Assembly: GCA_026023565.1 (NCBI GenBank)
Contig: JAPETS010000006.1
Location: 248,001-312,000 of the forward strand
Direction: 5' to 3'
DNA length: 64,000 nucleotides
From: Cirrosporium novae-zelandiae
Taxonomy: Eukaryota
Shown here one piece after another: positions 38,100-51,758 of this stretch (its first letter is position 1; every line of letters starts with the position of its first letter). A program made the position numbers and the translations under genes. Under the pieces are notes generated by a model. That model did not search any database. It was given only the letters and a program-made list of their open reading frames with translations, and was not told where the DNA came from.

Positions 38100-39450
38100 A
38101 TTGGGATTTTCTTTCGGTGCTAATGGAGTGGTTTGATATATTGGAAAAGTAAGTTCCAGGAAAGGCTGCGACTTAAGAAGGGAGTGTTAGCTCAGCCTCA
38201 TCTGCAGTGCTGATACTTCAAGAGACATGTCAATTGTTAGGGATCAATTGCAGATCAGGGGTCAGATCCTTATCGCAGGATTATGACTCAGGATCATCCT
38301 AGAAGCAAACAGGTGAGCCTACCTTTCTAGACTTTCTGATATCTCCTAATTATATGAAACAAACTTTGAATCTTCGGATCGAAGCCTTAAAGTTGCGGTA
38401 TCGATATGGAACGGCACTAGCGGGAGGAGCCCCAAAGAGCCGAAGGGATAATGCTAGAAGGTTGCGTTACTGGAATGAAGAGCCGGAGATATGATATTCG
38501 ACACTTTGGAGAAACCGAAGGAGAAATGAAGCCATTATATATACTCTGGATACTACCTGAGAATTTCCCCTCCAGTGCTCCAGTGAGTCCTGCTCTTCTT
38601 ACAGATAATGCCCAAATGATGAGCAAAGGTTAGAGCTCAGAGGGATCTGGCATAGGGAATGGGAAGGAGCAATGTAATGCTTCAGATAAACCCTGGTAGT
38701 CTCACACATACTGCAGTTGTACCTGTGTGCGTTTTACCTCCACAAGTGAAATACCAAAGCCATTCGGCTATATCCCTCTGTCCAGCATTCTAGATATGCG
38801 TCTGTGGGGCAATCAAAAGTAGACAAGATTGGATTGTGGCTGAATTGTAGATAGAATTGAAGAAATCAAGGACTTGTAGTGACATGGTGATGATACCTAT
38901 GCAGGCCCTTGCAAAAACCAGACAAGAATAGGCCCGCAGATTGGCAAGCGGAATATTTTTTGACCAACTGCAGATTGACACCATAGTTTCCGTTAAGCAG
39001 AATCAGAGAACAAGTGGATTTCATCTAGTGTCGTTGGACAGTAGTTGGACAGGGCGCACATCTATCCAATCAAACATGACTTTGGAAAGCAAAGAATTCA
39101 TGAATTCATAATGTACTCTTCCGCTATAGAGAAATTTTCAGCTGTCAGCGCAGCACCAAAAATTTCACGAAAGTTGCGTTTGTTGTTAGTTCTCCCTAGA
39201 TTAACAATACTAGATCATGCAACAACCTGGGTAACCCTTCCGAAATACATGTCCCTGCTTCTGATAGATATATTGACATGTGCTAGGAGTATAATCCCCC
39301 AAGACCCGACATCGCCTTAAGGAACGGCTGTTGTGGGACTGGACTGCCCCAGATTGCGTCAGTTTCGAGATTTGCCCTGTACCAGATCTGAATCCGATCA
39401 GTTGGTTGCACTGGGGAATCGCGGGATGAGGACTCGAACCATCATGTTCC

Positions 39451-41712
39451 TCATTCACTACCACCCTTTCTCCGCCGTCTAATCATCCTCTTCCTTGCAA
39501 TGATCCTATTCCTCTTAGCTATCTTCTCTTCCTCCTCGGTCTTACCCCCATGTTTCGTGTCATCGGATAAGGACTCGACCTGGTTATTGGTCCTCTCCAA
39601 CTGACCCAGATCTGACCCTCGTTTTCGCTTAGAGCTATCTCTAGCTTGTGTCCTTGTGCTACGGTTATCAGTAGATTTCCCTTTGCTGTCCAAATGATTT
39701 TCACCAGGATTTCTATTTCCTGGGACTTGGCCCTTTTCACGGGCCTTTGTTTCTTTCTCTTGCCTCCTTGCAATTACCTGCGCGTTCTCGATAGCAAACT
39801 CGACAACAAGCCGCTTTCTCTTACCGTTTGGATCTGTCTTCGATGCTTTCTCCTTTTCATGTGTTTGTGTAGTAGCAGCTACAGCATGACCATTCAACCA
39901 CCGTAAGCCCATCAGGGCCCAGCGATGAGAATAGTACTCAACAAAACCGTATCCCCTACTCCGCCCAACGTCACCATCTTCCTTAATCTTGGTCCCCTCT
40001 TTACTTTCGAAGACAATCTTAGCCTGTTTAACGATACCTTTCCCCCTCTGCTTCCTCAACCTATCCGCCTCTTTCATCTCTTCACTACCTCTCTCGGTTT
40101 CTTCTTTCGAAAGTGGCGCTCTAACACCCTTTTTGACATCGGTTGCAAAGCCCACAACCGCTTCACGTGCAAGAGCTTTCAATTCTTTTGAAGTGGTGTT
40201 TCGAGGAATGTTTCGGATCGATAAACGGGTTAAACTGAGATGAAGTGATGGGTTATTGCGGACGAGTGTCTGTCTTTGCTTTGCACTAGCTTCCCTCATC
40301 TGGATTTCTGACGGAGAAAGATTTTTATACAGTTCAGAGTCGGCTGGGATAGTACCTTCAGATAGCAAATATAGCCGTCGCTTATCCTTGTCCCTTGCAA
40401 AGCGGCGATCATCTCCTTCTTGTGTAAGCCTAGTGGCCTCGGTCTTATTGACAGCGTGTGAAATATGTAAGACACGGCCCTCCATAGTGTAACGACCAGA
40501 GAGATCAGCAAGTTCATTTTCCAGAACCGAATGTTTCGCAGCGGAATTGGAGTCAGGATGTGAGGTTTGTAGTTCGGAACGTCTTGGAGCTTGACGGAGG
40601 CAGGAGATGGCGTTTTCTTCGTTATAGAAACAGACAAAACCAGTTCCTTTGGACCGCTCGGTCTCGTGGTCCATAACCACTCTAGCATAACGAACAGGAC
40701 CAAATTTTTTGAAATGCTCCCAGAGGCTCTGATCCGTACTTGTGAAAGGAAGGTTGCGAATGAATAACGTTGAAGAGTTTTGTTCTTCAGGAGGAGAAGC
40801 CTCATCGCCCATCTCCTCATCTTCAGAGGATTCATTTTCCGTGTCGAACCCATCACTTACGCGTTCACTCTCATTATCGCTGTTTAGAGCTTCAAGAGCT
40901 TCATCACCATCCTCACCGAAATCAGATCCTTCCACATCAGAACCTTTAGTAGACTCTTCCCTTTTCTCTTCCTCATCTTCTTGCGCCTTTTCCCAAACAC
41001 CCTTTTCAACGGCCCAATCCACAGCCAAAACCCTCCCATCTACTTCTTTTCCATTGACGCCCTCTAAAGCACTCTCGGCGTTTTCCCTGCCTCTGATGAT
41101 GACGAAACCAAAACCAGCTAGAATCCCGGGCCCTTTCTTTGGTAGCACTGTTTGGATGATTTTGCCATAGCTTCTAAAGAGCTGAGCAAGCTGTTCAGGT
41201 TCCTTAATAGACCATGGTAGATTTCGTATAATAAGCTTCGTCGATGTTTGGGTCTCCTTTTGGATGCTATGTTTTGGAATTTTCTTTACAACCGCTGTAG
41301 GTATTCCGCCATCAGGGTCCTTCTTACCGCCTTCTCGCTGTCGATGTTCCGCTATCTCAACCTTGATATTTCGACCCTGGAAATCAGTACCGTTAAGCCC
41401 TTCTAGAGCTTTTTGAGCATCTTCCGCGTCTGCGAAGGTGACAAACCCGTAGCCCTTACACTGGTTTGTTTTGCGATCAATAACAGCAACAGCATGTTTA
41501 ATCGGGTAGTTTTGAGAGAAGTGCGCAATCAATGATTCGGTGGTTGCAATTGCAGGAAGAGAGCGAACAAACAACTGCCGGCGGTGATCAGGTTTTTCAT
41601 CTTCTTTGAGAACAGCAGTCTTTTTGGAGACGACCTCTTCTTTGTCTGCAGGAGGAGCTGCAGTGTAGGCGCCATTGTCTGACAAGCGTCTTCTTTTCTG
41701 GTCTGGAGCCAT
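39451..41712 (-). CDS. NOP4: Nucleolar multi-RRM protein Nop4/RBM28
   Basis: 753 aa with four RRMs (KGYGFVTF, GFGFV, KGTGFVCF, RGYGFVEY), an acidic linker, and DKRRLYLLSEG / RLVVEFAIEN. Confidence 0.95.
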   Translation of the reverse strand: MAPDQKRRRLSDNGAYTAAPPADKEEVVSKKTAVLKEDEKPDHRRQLFVRSLPAIATTESLIAHFSQNYPIKHAVAVIDRKTNQCKGYGFVTFADAEDAQKALEGLNGTDFQGRNIKVEIAEHRQREGGKKDPDGGIPTAVVKKIPKHSIQKETQTSTKLIIRNLPWSIKEPEQLAQLFRSYGKIIQTVLPKKGPGILAGFGFVIIRGRENAESALEGVNGKEVDGRVLAVDWAVEKGVWEKAQEDEEEKREESTKGSDVEGSDFGEDGDEALEALNSDNESERVSDGFDTENESSEDEEMGDEASPPEEQNSSTLFIRNLPFTSTDQSLWEHFKKFGPVRYARVVMDHETERSKGTGFVCFYNEENAISCLRQAPRRSELQTSHPDSNSAAKHSVLENELADLSGRYTMEGRVLHISHAVNKTEATRLTQEGDDRRFARDKDKRRLYLLSEGTIPADSELYKNLSPSEIQMREASAKQRQTLVRNNPSLHLSLTRLSIRNIPRNTTSKELKALAREAVVGFATDVKKGVRAPLSKEETERGSEEMKEADRLRKQRGKGIVKQAKIVFESKEGTKIKEDGDVGRSRGYGFVEYYSHRWALMGLRWLNGHAVAATTQTHEKEKASKTDPNGKRKRLVVEFAIENAQVIARRQEKETKAREKGQVPGNRNPGENHLDSKGKSTDNRSTRTQARDSSKRKRGSDLGQLERTNNQVESLSDDTKHGGKTEEEEKIAKRNRIIARKRMIRRRRKGGSE

Positions 41713-41973
41713 AATTAGATAATTGGAGATGGCTATCTGTTTTGGTGGAATTTATTTGGCGGGAACTTGAAGAAATTCTGAGCTTGAAGGTTTTTTTTTT
41801 CTGTTGGACCTGAAATCAATGTCGGGTAAAGTTGCCTATCACCCACAAACTCAAGCGGCACACAAACCGATTCCAACAACTTCAATCAACTCTGCCCTCT
41901 GCCTCTGAAACCAGCTGGTTCACCACTCTTAATCATACCATATTGCCTTAAACATTCTTGTCGGACGATCAAG

Positions 41974-43236
41974 ATGGCAGAGTAAGAAATGCGACCTTTT
42001 TTTGATTCCTAAAGCTTACAGCTGATTCCATTCTAGGAAAGATGGTCCCCTCAATGCCGTACAGGTGGAATCATTGGTAACCTTCATCTCGATCGCAAAG
42101 ATAACGATCAATGCTAAATCAATTATAGGTAGTGATGAAAATAATCAAACATTGTTCCCAGATGTTCCCTACCATTGCTACCGGGTCCCTTGTTGGTATG
42201 GATGTTGAAGGTGTTTTACAAGTTACCAATACTTTCCCATTTCCAACTGTTGAAATTCCCAATGACCAACATTTCGGTGAAAATGCCGCTGCCAACCTGG
42301 CTGCGGCGGCCCCGCGCGCAAAGATCAATACCCAGTACCAAGCAGAAATGATACGGAATTTACGAGAAGTTAACGTAGATGCAAACAACGTGGGGTGGTA
42401 TACTAGTGCGAACATGGGAAATTTCGTCACCCTAAATATGATTGAAAATCAGTTCTTCTACCAGAAAGATATGAATGAGCGGACTATTGCCTTAGTGTAC
42501 GATATCAGTCGAAGTTCACAGGGGAGTCTCAGTCTGAGGGCTTTCAGGCTCTCTCCTCAGTTCATGACCGCCTATAAAGAAGGCAAATTTAATACTGAAA
42601 GGTCTGTGCCTTATCATAATGTTATTTGGGAACAGGTAATTGACAGGACTATACAGTCTTCAAAAGAGCGGACTTAAGTTTCAAGAGATTCTCCAAGAAC
42701 TTCCTCTCGAAATACACAATTCTCACCTTCTTACTTCTTTTCTCCATCAACTTCCTACACCACCCCCTTCATCGGCTCTTCCGTTCCCCGAATCCCTTGA
42801 ACTTATCACCTCCTCACCGTTTACCCCACCTGCGCCTCTCTACCCGAACTTCGACTCCCTTGATCTAAGCGTCGATCCTTTCCTCGAAAAGACATGTGAC
42901 CTCCTGCTCGACTCTATAGAGACTCACCACACTGAACTCAACAACCATCAATACTACCAGCGACAACTTGCTAGGGAGCAAGCTAAGATCACACAATGGC
43001 AACAGAAGCGCAAAGCCGAGAATCTTACCCGAGGAACTGCAAAGCAACCGTTGTTACCCGAAGATGAGTGGACACGGCTTTTCAAGCTTCCACAAGAGCC
43101 AAGCCGGCTGGAGACCATGCTGAACTCGAGACAAGTTGAGCAATACGCTCGACAGGTTGACGGATTTACAGCGACAGTGACGGGTAAAATGTTTGCCGTC
43201 AAGGGAAATTTACTGCCTGGAGAGCGGGATGAATAA
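41974..43236 (+). CDS. EIF3H: Translation initiation factor 3 subunit H
   Basis: MPN domain [24 protein letters not shown], plus [21 protein letters not shown]. Three introns. Confidence 0.95.
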
Positions 43237-43499
43237 GTGACTTCTGTTTGATTTGATGATTGGTTCTACTAAAGTAGATGGGAAATGATCATGTTTACTG
43301 CATGTATGATGGCGCACGGATCCTGGCTAAGGCCATGATTGCGAAGGCGAACAAAAGACATGATAATCCGAACAAAAAATAGATTATTTATGACGTTTCG
43401 AAACTCACAACAGATTGCCTTTGCTACGAGTCTATCCAGAGCGGAATCGCATCCCTCTCTATACCAAAGTACTTATACAATAGCTCTACCCTCACTTAG

Positions 43500-44631
43500 T
43501 TATTTTCTCCTTTCCTCCAACCAGAATCTCCCACTTTCATAAACTCCAAGGTATAACCCACTGCCCACAAAAGTCCATACGGCCCTGATTAATCCTCCAC
43601 GGAATATACCTCTTGTCCCCTCCGTCTTGAGCACTTCTTTTCCTACTTGCCATGCGCCTTGTCTGCCTCCATTTTTCCCCTTTTGCTCATCCGACGCAGC
43701 AAGCATTACTCTCGTCTTAACGACGTCTATTGGTGTTGTGATGACTGCTGCGATAGAACCTGCCAATCCTCCAGAAAGCCCTGTAATGACTCCACGTTCA
43801 AGGACACTCACGGTTTTCGACTCTCCCCTCTGCTGCCGTTTTCGGACCCGGGACTCCGTGATGCTATCACGTAGCTTCTCAAACATGGGGAATTGCATCG
43901 CTGTAAATGGTAAATTCCTCGCGACCAGTGTCCCATAGCCCCTCCAAAGCCTCCAGGGCTTACCCCTAAACTTTGCTAGCGCCGTTTTTGTGGCCGTGAA
44001 ATCAATTAGAGCCCGTCCATGGCCATTGTGTATCATTTGAGCGTTCTGCTTGAGGACTTCGGCGGGAGTGAGAATCGCACAGGATACCGATTCTGCGATT
44101 CCGGAAGCCATAGCATGGATTACCGGCATAGGAATGGATGTCTGCGAGGAAGAAAAAATATGCTTGACGCCTTCATATGTAGTGAAAAAGGCTCCTGCTT
44201 GAATGTTTCAGTCAATCTCGGGGTCAATTGGGAGGAATTGATAGCCAGGGAAATAAGAAAAAGAAGCTCCTGGCAAGCTAGCTAGCAGCGCATACAAGAT
44301 GGAATTGTAGCTAATATAACACTCCCGACCTGTTTCCCGTTACTATATAGCTTTGTGTCAATGATCAATGGATGATAACTAACCCCCTGATATAACCCTC
44401 GGAACATCATCGAGCGGTTGAGTGCTCCAGTGGTCGAGGAAGTATAGATTCGTACATAGTCGGGGGATTGCCAGCGGGTCTTGAGGGTATCTAAAGGATA
44501 TACAAGAAGATCGACTGAAACTGCCGCAACTGCGCCGGCCTGTCAAGCTAAATGGTTAGCAGTTGAGAGTATGAAGCTTCGGTCGAGGAAAGACCCACAA
44601 TAAGAATATCGGTATTAGTATTGAGAGACAT
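43500..44631 (-). CDS. Mitochondrial carrier, SAM transporter (Sam5/Pet8)-like
   Basis: Three PxDxxK/R-type repeats (YPLDTLKTR, TPAEVLKQ, TPIDVVKTR) and RNLPFTAMQFPMFE. Three introns. Confidence 0.88.
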
Positions 44632-44995
44632 GGGAGGGGAAGAGAACAAAAGAAGGACGAGAATTAGAACGAAAAAAAAATTGAGGGCTGGCGCCCATAA
44701 ATAATAGGGACGCAAGACAGGATAGTAGCTGCTTGATGAGGTAATTGTACTAATCTAGGGCTACTGTATTTATTTTTTTCGACTTAGATTTTTGGGTCCG
44801 TCATGCAAGATGATCAGATAATGATAATTTTTAATCAGATAAGTCAAATAAATAATGGCTTGGCATATCCGACATGTTCCGTCGCGTCCGTGCCGCCGGT
44901 CTCCCAAAAATTGTTCTCTGGGGTAATTAGACCAGACCTTACCACAACGCTACCTTCCAACCAGCACTTCTGATTAGAAGTTAACTATCTTCGTC

Positions 44996-46060
44996 ATGAA
45001 ACCTCTTCGACCGCAATTTTTTTCTATATCACGCCGACCACTCGAAACATGTGTCTTCTGCAACCTGCGTACTACTTACCCTCCCTTTAGAACCTACGCT
45101 TCCGCTCCTCTAATTCCTACCGAGAATCCCAACGAAGATGAATTTTTTCCCAAGCCGCTAGCACGGCCACTTGGACTACAGAAGCCCCCACGGCCAAGTG
45201 AAAATACTGGCATCGATTCTCGGTCATGGCGGGAACGGCGGGAGGATTTTGTCAATTACGACAAGCATATAGTAAAGCGGGAGAAATTGTGAGATATTTT
45301 CTCTCAAGGCCTCTAGTGCCTATTTGCGATTTGGGCTAGTATGCTAATACCGTATGATGTTTTCTCACATAGATCTAACGGCTTGGCAAAATCATACTTC
45401 CGCGACTGGGGGAACCTGCGCGTTGCTAAAGGCAAGACCTTCATTGCAGTCCCAAAGCTCTTCCGTGCCGATCGCGCCCTTTATTATCCCAATCTACAAG
45501 GTGTTACCCTTGCATCACCGGATGAACCTCAGGATACCACACCCATACTACGGGGCAAGCTTTCAGTAGTGCGGATGTTCTCGAGCGAGTGGGCAAAGCG
45601 CCAGACAGAGAGTTTTGTAGCAGAAGATCAGAATCCAGAGCTATGCGAGGTCTTGAGGGCTGGGAAAGCGGTTGGCGCGCAGATGGTTGATGTGAACGTC
45701 GAAGATAATTGGGTGAAAGCTGCATTAATCAAGCTATTCATGCCAAGTTTGAGGAAGAAGCTGCCTGAGGAGGGGCATGGGAGATATTTTCTGATAACAA
45801 GTGGTCTGACGGAGAAGTTAAGAGTATGTATTGGATTGGTAAATAGTAAAGTGGGATATGTATATTTGGTGGACGAAAAATGTAAGATTCGATGGGCTGG
45901 CAGTGGAAAGGCTGACCAAACCGAAAAGGAGTCTATAGTGAATGGGCTGAAGAGACTGATCGAAGTAAGGAAGGGAATAAGGGGAACAGGAGGAACGGCG
46001 GCGAAAAAAGATATAGATAACACCAAGTCAACAAAGAAACAGACCGCGTCCGCGGCATAA
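44996..46060 (+). CDS. ATP10: Mitochondrial ATP synthase assembly factor Atp10
   Basis: PKPLARPLGL..YFRDW..LFRADRALYYPNLQG..VGYVYLVDEKCKIRWAGSG. One intron. Confidence 0.92.
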
Positions 46061-46186
46061 CATATTATTCCTACCCATAAGATGAATATTTTAAAACAAG
46101 TTCCAAAGCCAGTGGTTGTCTCCTCAATTCCCAACGCCCCATAAATTTGATCACCTTTACACCAGAATCTATGGAACCAAAACATG

Positions 46187-46995
46187 TCACAAGAAAAAGA
46201 AGAACACCAGAAAGCAAAATGCGATAAAGCTTCCCAAGATAATTCCATCTCTCCTTTTCTTAGACCCTATACGGCCCATCAAGCTATTGACCCCAGGGAT
46301 CTTGCTGGCGACCCCTACTATCCGTCTATTGATATTTGCCAGAGATTCTCTCTGTAATCCAAAGTTTTCATTTATAGCATAGGCTTGACTCAACACACTA
46401 TCGGTCATATTGTGGCTCTCGTCTATTCGCCGTCTTTCATCAAGCATATAGTCGGCCTCGGCAGCACCAGGATTTGACGCTCGGTAAGCATTTATATCTG
46501 AGCGGACATTTGATAATAAATTTGCGCGATCCCGGGCTTCAGCTATGGAGGAACGTAAGCGGTTGAGCTCACGATGGTGTTCGAGTAGTATTTCGCGATG
46601 ACGGGAAAGATTATTCTGCTTGAGGGCAGATGCTGAGAGAGCGGACTCGGAGTCAAGAAGGCGGGAGAGTTGTGAGATTAGAGCTTCGCGCTGGTTCAGA
46701 TACGGGTTAGGGATGGCTCATTTGAGAGGGTGGGATTGCTAAGTCCACATACTCGTTCAAGAAGGTCTTGGAGTTGCGCTTCTGTACGTAGTTCTTCTTC
46801 TGTTGGTTTTGGGGGTATCTTATTAAGAGACACAAATTGCGAGTAGGTATGGAAGAGGGTTTCAGTCTATTCAGATATCACGAAGTCAGTGAAAGTAGAA
46901 GTAGAGGGGGGCCATTAACAAGGTGGTACCTGGGTTTCAAGAGATCGGGCTTGCTGGCGCAGCTGAGCCCAGCCCGATCCTGTAGCAGACGACAT
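46187..46995 (-). CDS. GOS1: Golgi SNARE Gos1/GOSR1
   Basis: GWAQLRQQARSLETQ..LSRHREIL..YMLDERRRIDESH..KKRRDGIILG plus a C-terminal transmembrane segment. Two introns. Confidence 0.93.
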
Positions 46996-47155
46996 CTAGG
47001 GAAATTCGAATAGGTATTGCTGTTTGAATACCTTTGATATCGTAACAATTAAGTCATAATTGATAAACAACGAATAGCTTTTTAAGCTGCCTGAACAAGG
47101 ATGCCAACATGGAACGGAGGCAACTTAAAGCGGGATCTACCTCAACTCCGACGGA

Positions 47156-47177
47156 GTCACGTGAAATATTAGGGCTT
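47156..47177. promoter_or_regulatory. E-box GTCACGTGA plus TTAGGGCTT (AAGCCCTAA) ribosomal-protein-gene-type motif in the GOS1/RPL35 divergent promoter
   Basis: Both motifs lie ~120-140 bp upstream of the RPL35 ATG. CCCTAA-type motifs are associated with ribosomal protein promoters in filamentous ascomycetes. Confidence 0.5.
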
Positions 47178-47294
47178 TCCCCCACAGACTGAGCTCCCAA
47201 CAAAATTATCCACCGATATCAAGAATTGACTCCCAAGTTGCGACGCCGACCACACGATAAATCCAATAACTAACTCCACCAGCAAACGGTCAAA

Positions 47295-47878
47295 ATGGTG
47301 AGCATATCTATTACTCACTAATAATTTGGAATTTGGATGCCTAACAATCTATTCAAGTCGACCTCCGCCAAAGTCAAGACCGGCCAACTATGGGGCAAGA
47401 ATAAGGATGAGCTCAAGACACAGCTTGACGAATTGAAGACGGAGTTGGGTCAACTGCGTGTCCAGAAGATTTCTGGAGGAGGCCAGTCTAAGCTGACAAG
47501 AATTGTGAGGGTCCATATCGATTGTCCTGAAGGGGCTGGATTATCTTAAAAGGAAATCAATAATTAATAACGAATTTCTTCTACTTGCAGCACGATCTCC
47601 GCAAATCCATTGCCCGAATCCTCACCGTCATCAATGCCAACCAACGAGCCCAACTTCGTATATTCTACAAGAACAAGAAGTACATTCCTCTCGATCTCCG
47701 ACCAAAGCAGACTCGCGCCATCCGACGGAGACTGAACAAGCATGAGGTCTCCTTAAAAACGGAGAAACAAAAGAAGAAGCTGACACACTTTCCCCAGAGG
47801 AAATATGCTGTTAAGGTATGAAGGCTCGAGATTCTCGAAGTTGAGTATATCACTGATGTGCCTCAGACCTCCGCATAG
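47295..47878 (+). CDS. RPL35: 60S ribosomal protein L35 (uL29)
   Basis: [21 protein letters not shown]..|[43 protein letters not shown]. Confidence 0.97.
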
Positions 47879-48493
47879 ATGATGGGTGTCCTTGGAGTTG
47901 ATGGGATGTGACTGGTGAAGGGAGAGTGGTCAGCGGTCGACAAGCTCACGATGTACTTTACGTCCACATAGCTAGAAATCGATTTTCGAATAGGTCTTCA
48001 AAAAAACTATGAGTTTCATTTGCAAAGTCTACCATAGATGATGATCCAGATCCATATTTTCCCTAAGTAGGTCACGATGTCCTCTTAACGAAATATAAGA
48101 GCCAAAAGGCTTCAGTATCTACGTAATATTTTTTCCATTTCTCACTCAATTGCATATCATATATGAAAATCTCATTCTAAGATATATTATCATCATGATA
48201 GCTGTATCCTGATTTTTAATTCTAAACTGCTTGATACTTCCCAAATGTTGTGAACCTAGTACGGCACCTTTGATATAAAACTCCAGCGTCATCTAATAAC
48301 AACGTATATATCTAGGTTTGTTAATATAAATGTCGTATGATTTATCCGTAGAATCTGTCACTATTAAATTGGCTACCCTCGAAAGGAATATTGGTATAGT
48401 AGATAAGATCTTCACATATCTAGCCCATGGGATTTTTACATATCGTATATGTCTAAATCTACCTGCCCTATATAAATACGTTTTATTGGGAAA

Positions 48494-51400
48494 TTATTGT
48501 GCATTCTGTTCTGCGGGATCGATCATCCACATAGACCCACAAATACAATTCCTCTGGATTGTCATCAGCCATGGAGGCTGGCCTTTGTGGAATGGAAGAT
48601 CTTCAACCTGGGCACCGCAACGGACGCATCTCCTTAAAGGGGCATTCTTGGCTAAAAGTATCTTCCTGTGAGCATCGACGACCCGAGTCTTCTGGAATTG
48701 TCGTGTAGCTTTGTCATCACTAACTCCCAGCCAGCTAATATCTCGAAAGTAGATGCCTGCACGATCAATACCCGGCGGGTCGTTTTGGATGCGATCAAGT
48801 GATTGCGAGAGGATCTTTTCGGTGACAGGTAGCATTATTGGAGGAATCTCACAGGAAACAAGCATTTGTTTCTCGGCTGCACGGCGATCTTCTGGACTGA
48901 AATTACCACTCTGATATGCATGTCTAATGATGTTCTCGATTTCGGCTAGGAATCTTTCAAAAACAGAAACTTTTATCGGAGGAGTTTCGATGAGTGCTTG
49001 AAAGTCGACAATAGCTTGTATTTGATTGCCAGGTGCGGAGTTGCACAAGTCAAAAAGTTTGTTGGTTAGTCCTCTTAAACATCGACAATTCGTTTTCATA
49101 TATGTCCGAGGTACACTGGCTAAAATGAGGAGGAGTGCGACTGATTTGGAATCGCGAACTTGATTTACGTTAGTATTTATCCCAGATGCTGCTAGTATGC
49201 AAGGTCACTTACTCAGTTGAAAGCGACAAGCTTGATCTGGTTCCTCCTTCATTTTATCCGCCAATTCAAATAATTCATCCATTATGAAAATCGTGAGATC
49301 GATGTGCCACTTCGTATTCCCAAAGAGAGCCTCGAGTACATCTGCAACTTGTTAGCCATAAATTCACCTCTATCATATCCATTCCATGTCATACCAGGAT
49401 TATTAAGTTCATACTCTCCACTCTGAGGTGCAGTTTTCGTATTAATAGTGAATCCGAACATCATGAACGCATTTCGAAGGCTCAAGGTGATCCAAGCAAC
49501 ATTGCTGGTGAGATTCCGCCTTCCCAAATGAGATTGAGCTCCTAGCGACGCTTGCATGCTTAAGCATCGTTGAATATTGGTATTCCTGAATAGCTTTTCG
49601 TGATTGTGTGCAAAGGCAAAGTCAAGTTCAATTTGGGAAAACCGGTATATCTCATTCTGAAACTCTTGTAAAAGGTCTACTTCCTTAGTGCATATTCCAC
49701 CGTACTATGAATGAAGTTTATTTACCCTTATTATTGTGAACTAATGCAAGAATATCTTCGCAGCTACTACTGCAACCGCTTGAACGTACAAATTGAAGGG
49801 CGAGGGCTGTAACTGCTAGCGCCTGATGGTCTAGATTTCTTCAATATCCGCAGATATAAGGACCTAACGAGGAGCATTATACGTACTTGTAACGGTGGAG
49901 TCATCCCATGAGCTTAATATGTATTCCATCTTTCTCAGGCGGACATCACCAGAAGGGCTAATACTTGCTGCCATACAAGCATTTGGCGAAAATGCAACAT
50001 GTGCACCTATCTTCGATTAACAATCAGTAGTCAACTGAGGTTTAGATCTTACTCACTTGATGTATCTAATGGAAATTCAAATCCCCCATGCGGCATTACA
50101 GAAATCTTATTGGGGTCGGGGTCTGAAGATAGGTCCTTCAGGGTCGTGGAATCATGAAATGTAACTGAGCCATCGCTGTGGGCAAACACCACAGATGTTC
50201 CAAAATTAATTTGATCAAGGGCTACTATATCCTTATCAAGAGTTGCCACTCCATCAATAAAAAGCGCCGTAACGGGCTTCATAGCAAGTAAGCTACTAGT
50301 TTAAAAGGGTGCAAAAATATCTCACCTCTTGATTTTTGCTGTTTGAAGCATTATGCTTCTTAGACGCTACTTCATCAAAGGTAGGATGTAAGCTATCAGT
50401 TAAACGTTTAAACTCCCATCTGACGATGCTGCACGAAGGCATTTGCTGTTCAAACGAGCTTGTAGCTCGAGAGAAAACTGCAAGGATTGCAGAATCACCT
50501 TCAGGATTTGCCGGATCACCTTTTTCATTGCTAGAAGGTACTATTTGAAGATGCGTAAGCTCATATTGATAACGGCTCCTAGAACTTCCAAGGGTTTCTA
50601 GGTCAGATGCTGCCGGTGGTATAAACATTGAGAGGTCTTTGGAGACGACGAGGCGGGCTTGAATCGATGGGTAAGAAAATGCTTGAGGGAGTTTTGTATT
50701 CGGGGTATTCCATTTCATCATTACCCGGTAGATATTGAGAACTTTAGCCGTATTATATGTAGCTACAAGGAGACTATTTTCTGCTGCCTCTAAATTTAGT
50801 AAAGTTTGACGAAGCCTTCCGCTTTCTGGCCTTACCTTTTTGGGGACTGATATGCGAATGTGTTAAAATTTCATCTGATGAGGAAATGCTTTCCAATTCT
50901 AAACTGACATCCATCCACCGGTTATCCGGGGTCTGGTATATGAAGCGCAAGACAGCGGCTTTAGTAAGGCAGAATAGCCCTAGTCCGAACTTTGGCGGCA
51001 AGTAAGGTCCAACATGGTTCCGAGGCAAAATTTGTAAACTCCATGTGTCTTGCTTCTCAGCAGCCGAGAGCACCAGATACTACAAATAGTTAGAAAAGTC
51101 CGAGACATAGAATGGATAAAGTTACCATCCGAGCTTGTGATAACCAAAACATGCCAACAAGAGCAGCCATGTCATCTTCTTGGTCTAGGGATGATGATCG
51201 TGATAAACCATATCGCTTTACAGCGATATTCATAACAAAAATAGAGATTCTTCCATAGGAATCAACAGCTGCAAAATCAGTCCCTGAATGATTCCACGAT
51301 AGATGAACCAGTGGATGAGCGAAGGAAGCCGTAGTTCCCTTAACAGGAACAGATTCGCTTAATATCCAAGAGCCATCATTCTGACGACAGAACAAGCATC

Positions 51401-51647
51401 GAACCTGGATCTCTTGTCCACCATTGCTGAGAGAGGCGACGCAGCCGTTCTTCGACCAAGCTATTCTCCTATGTGAAATAGTTAGAATGATTTGATTAGA
51501 AGGAATAAAGGCTCACTGGACACATGAACCTGCCCTCAGCCCTGAGAGACGTTCGAGATATCCCTTCGCAACTGACGTTGCTGGAATACGGATATTAATT
51601 GGATTAGGGTCCCCGAAGAGTTCATCAACATTGATATCATCCTCCAT
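48494..51647 (-). CDS. MED16: Mediator subunit 16 (Sin4)
   Basis: MEDDINVDELFG..|RIAWSKNGCVA..HLSWNHSGTDFAAVDSYGRISIF..IQRCLSMQASLG..LRRCVRC..RNCICGSMW. About 9 introns. Confidence 0.9.
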
Positions 51648-51749
51648 AGCCGAAGCAATGTCAAAACTGTTGGAGCGGGTGACGAGACAATTGTAGAATA
51701 ATAATTGTGAGTGATACTGCCTAAATAGGTGGTGGCACGAACCAGTATA

Positions 51750-51758
51750 TCACGTGAC
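51750..51758. promoter_or_regulatory. TCACGTGAC E-box (Cbf1-type) upstream of MED16
   Basis: Full RTCACGTGA consensus ~100 bp upstream of the ATG. Confidence 0.4.

Noticed and set aside
39451..47878. Apparent clustering of translation/ribosome genes (NOP4, eIF3h, RPL35)
   Set aside because: Compact divergent housekeeping pairs are normal in these genomes, and there is no evidence of a dedicated cluster.
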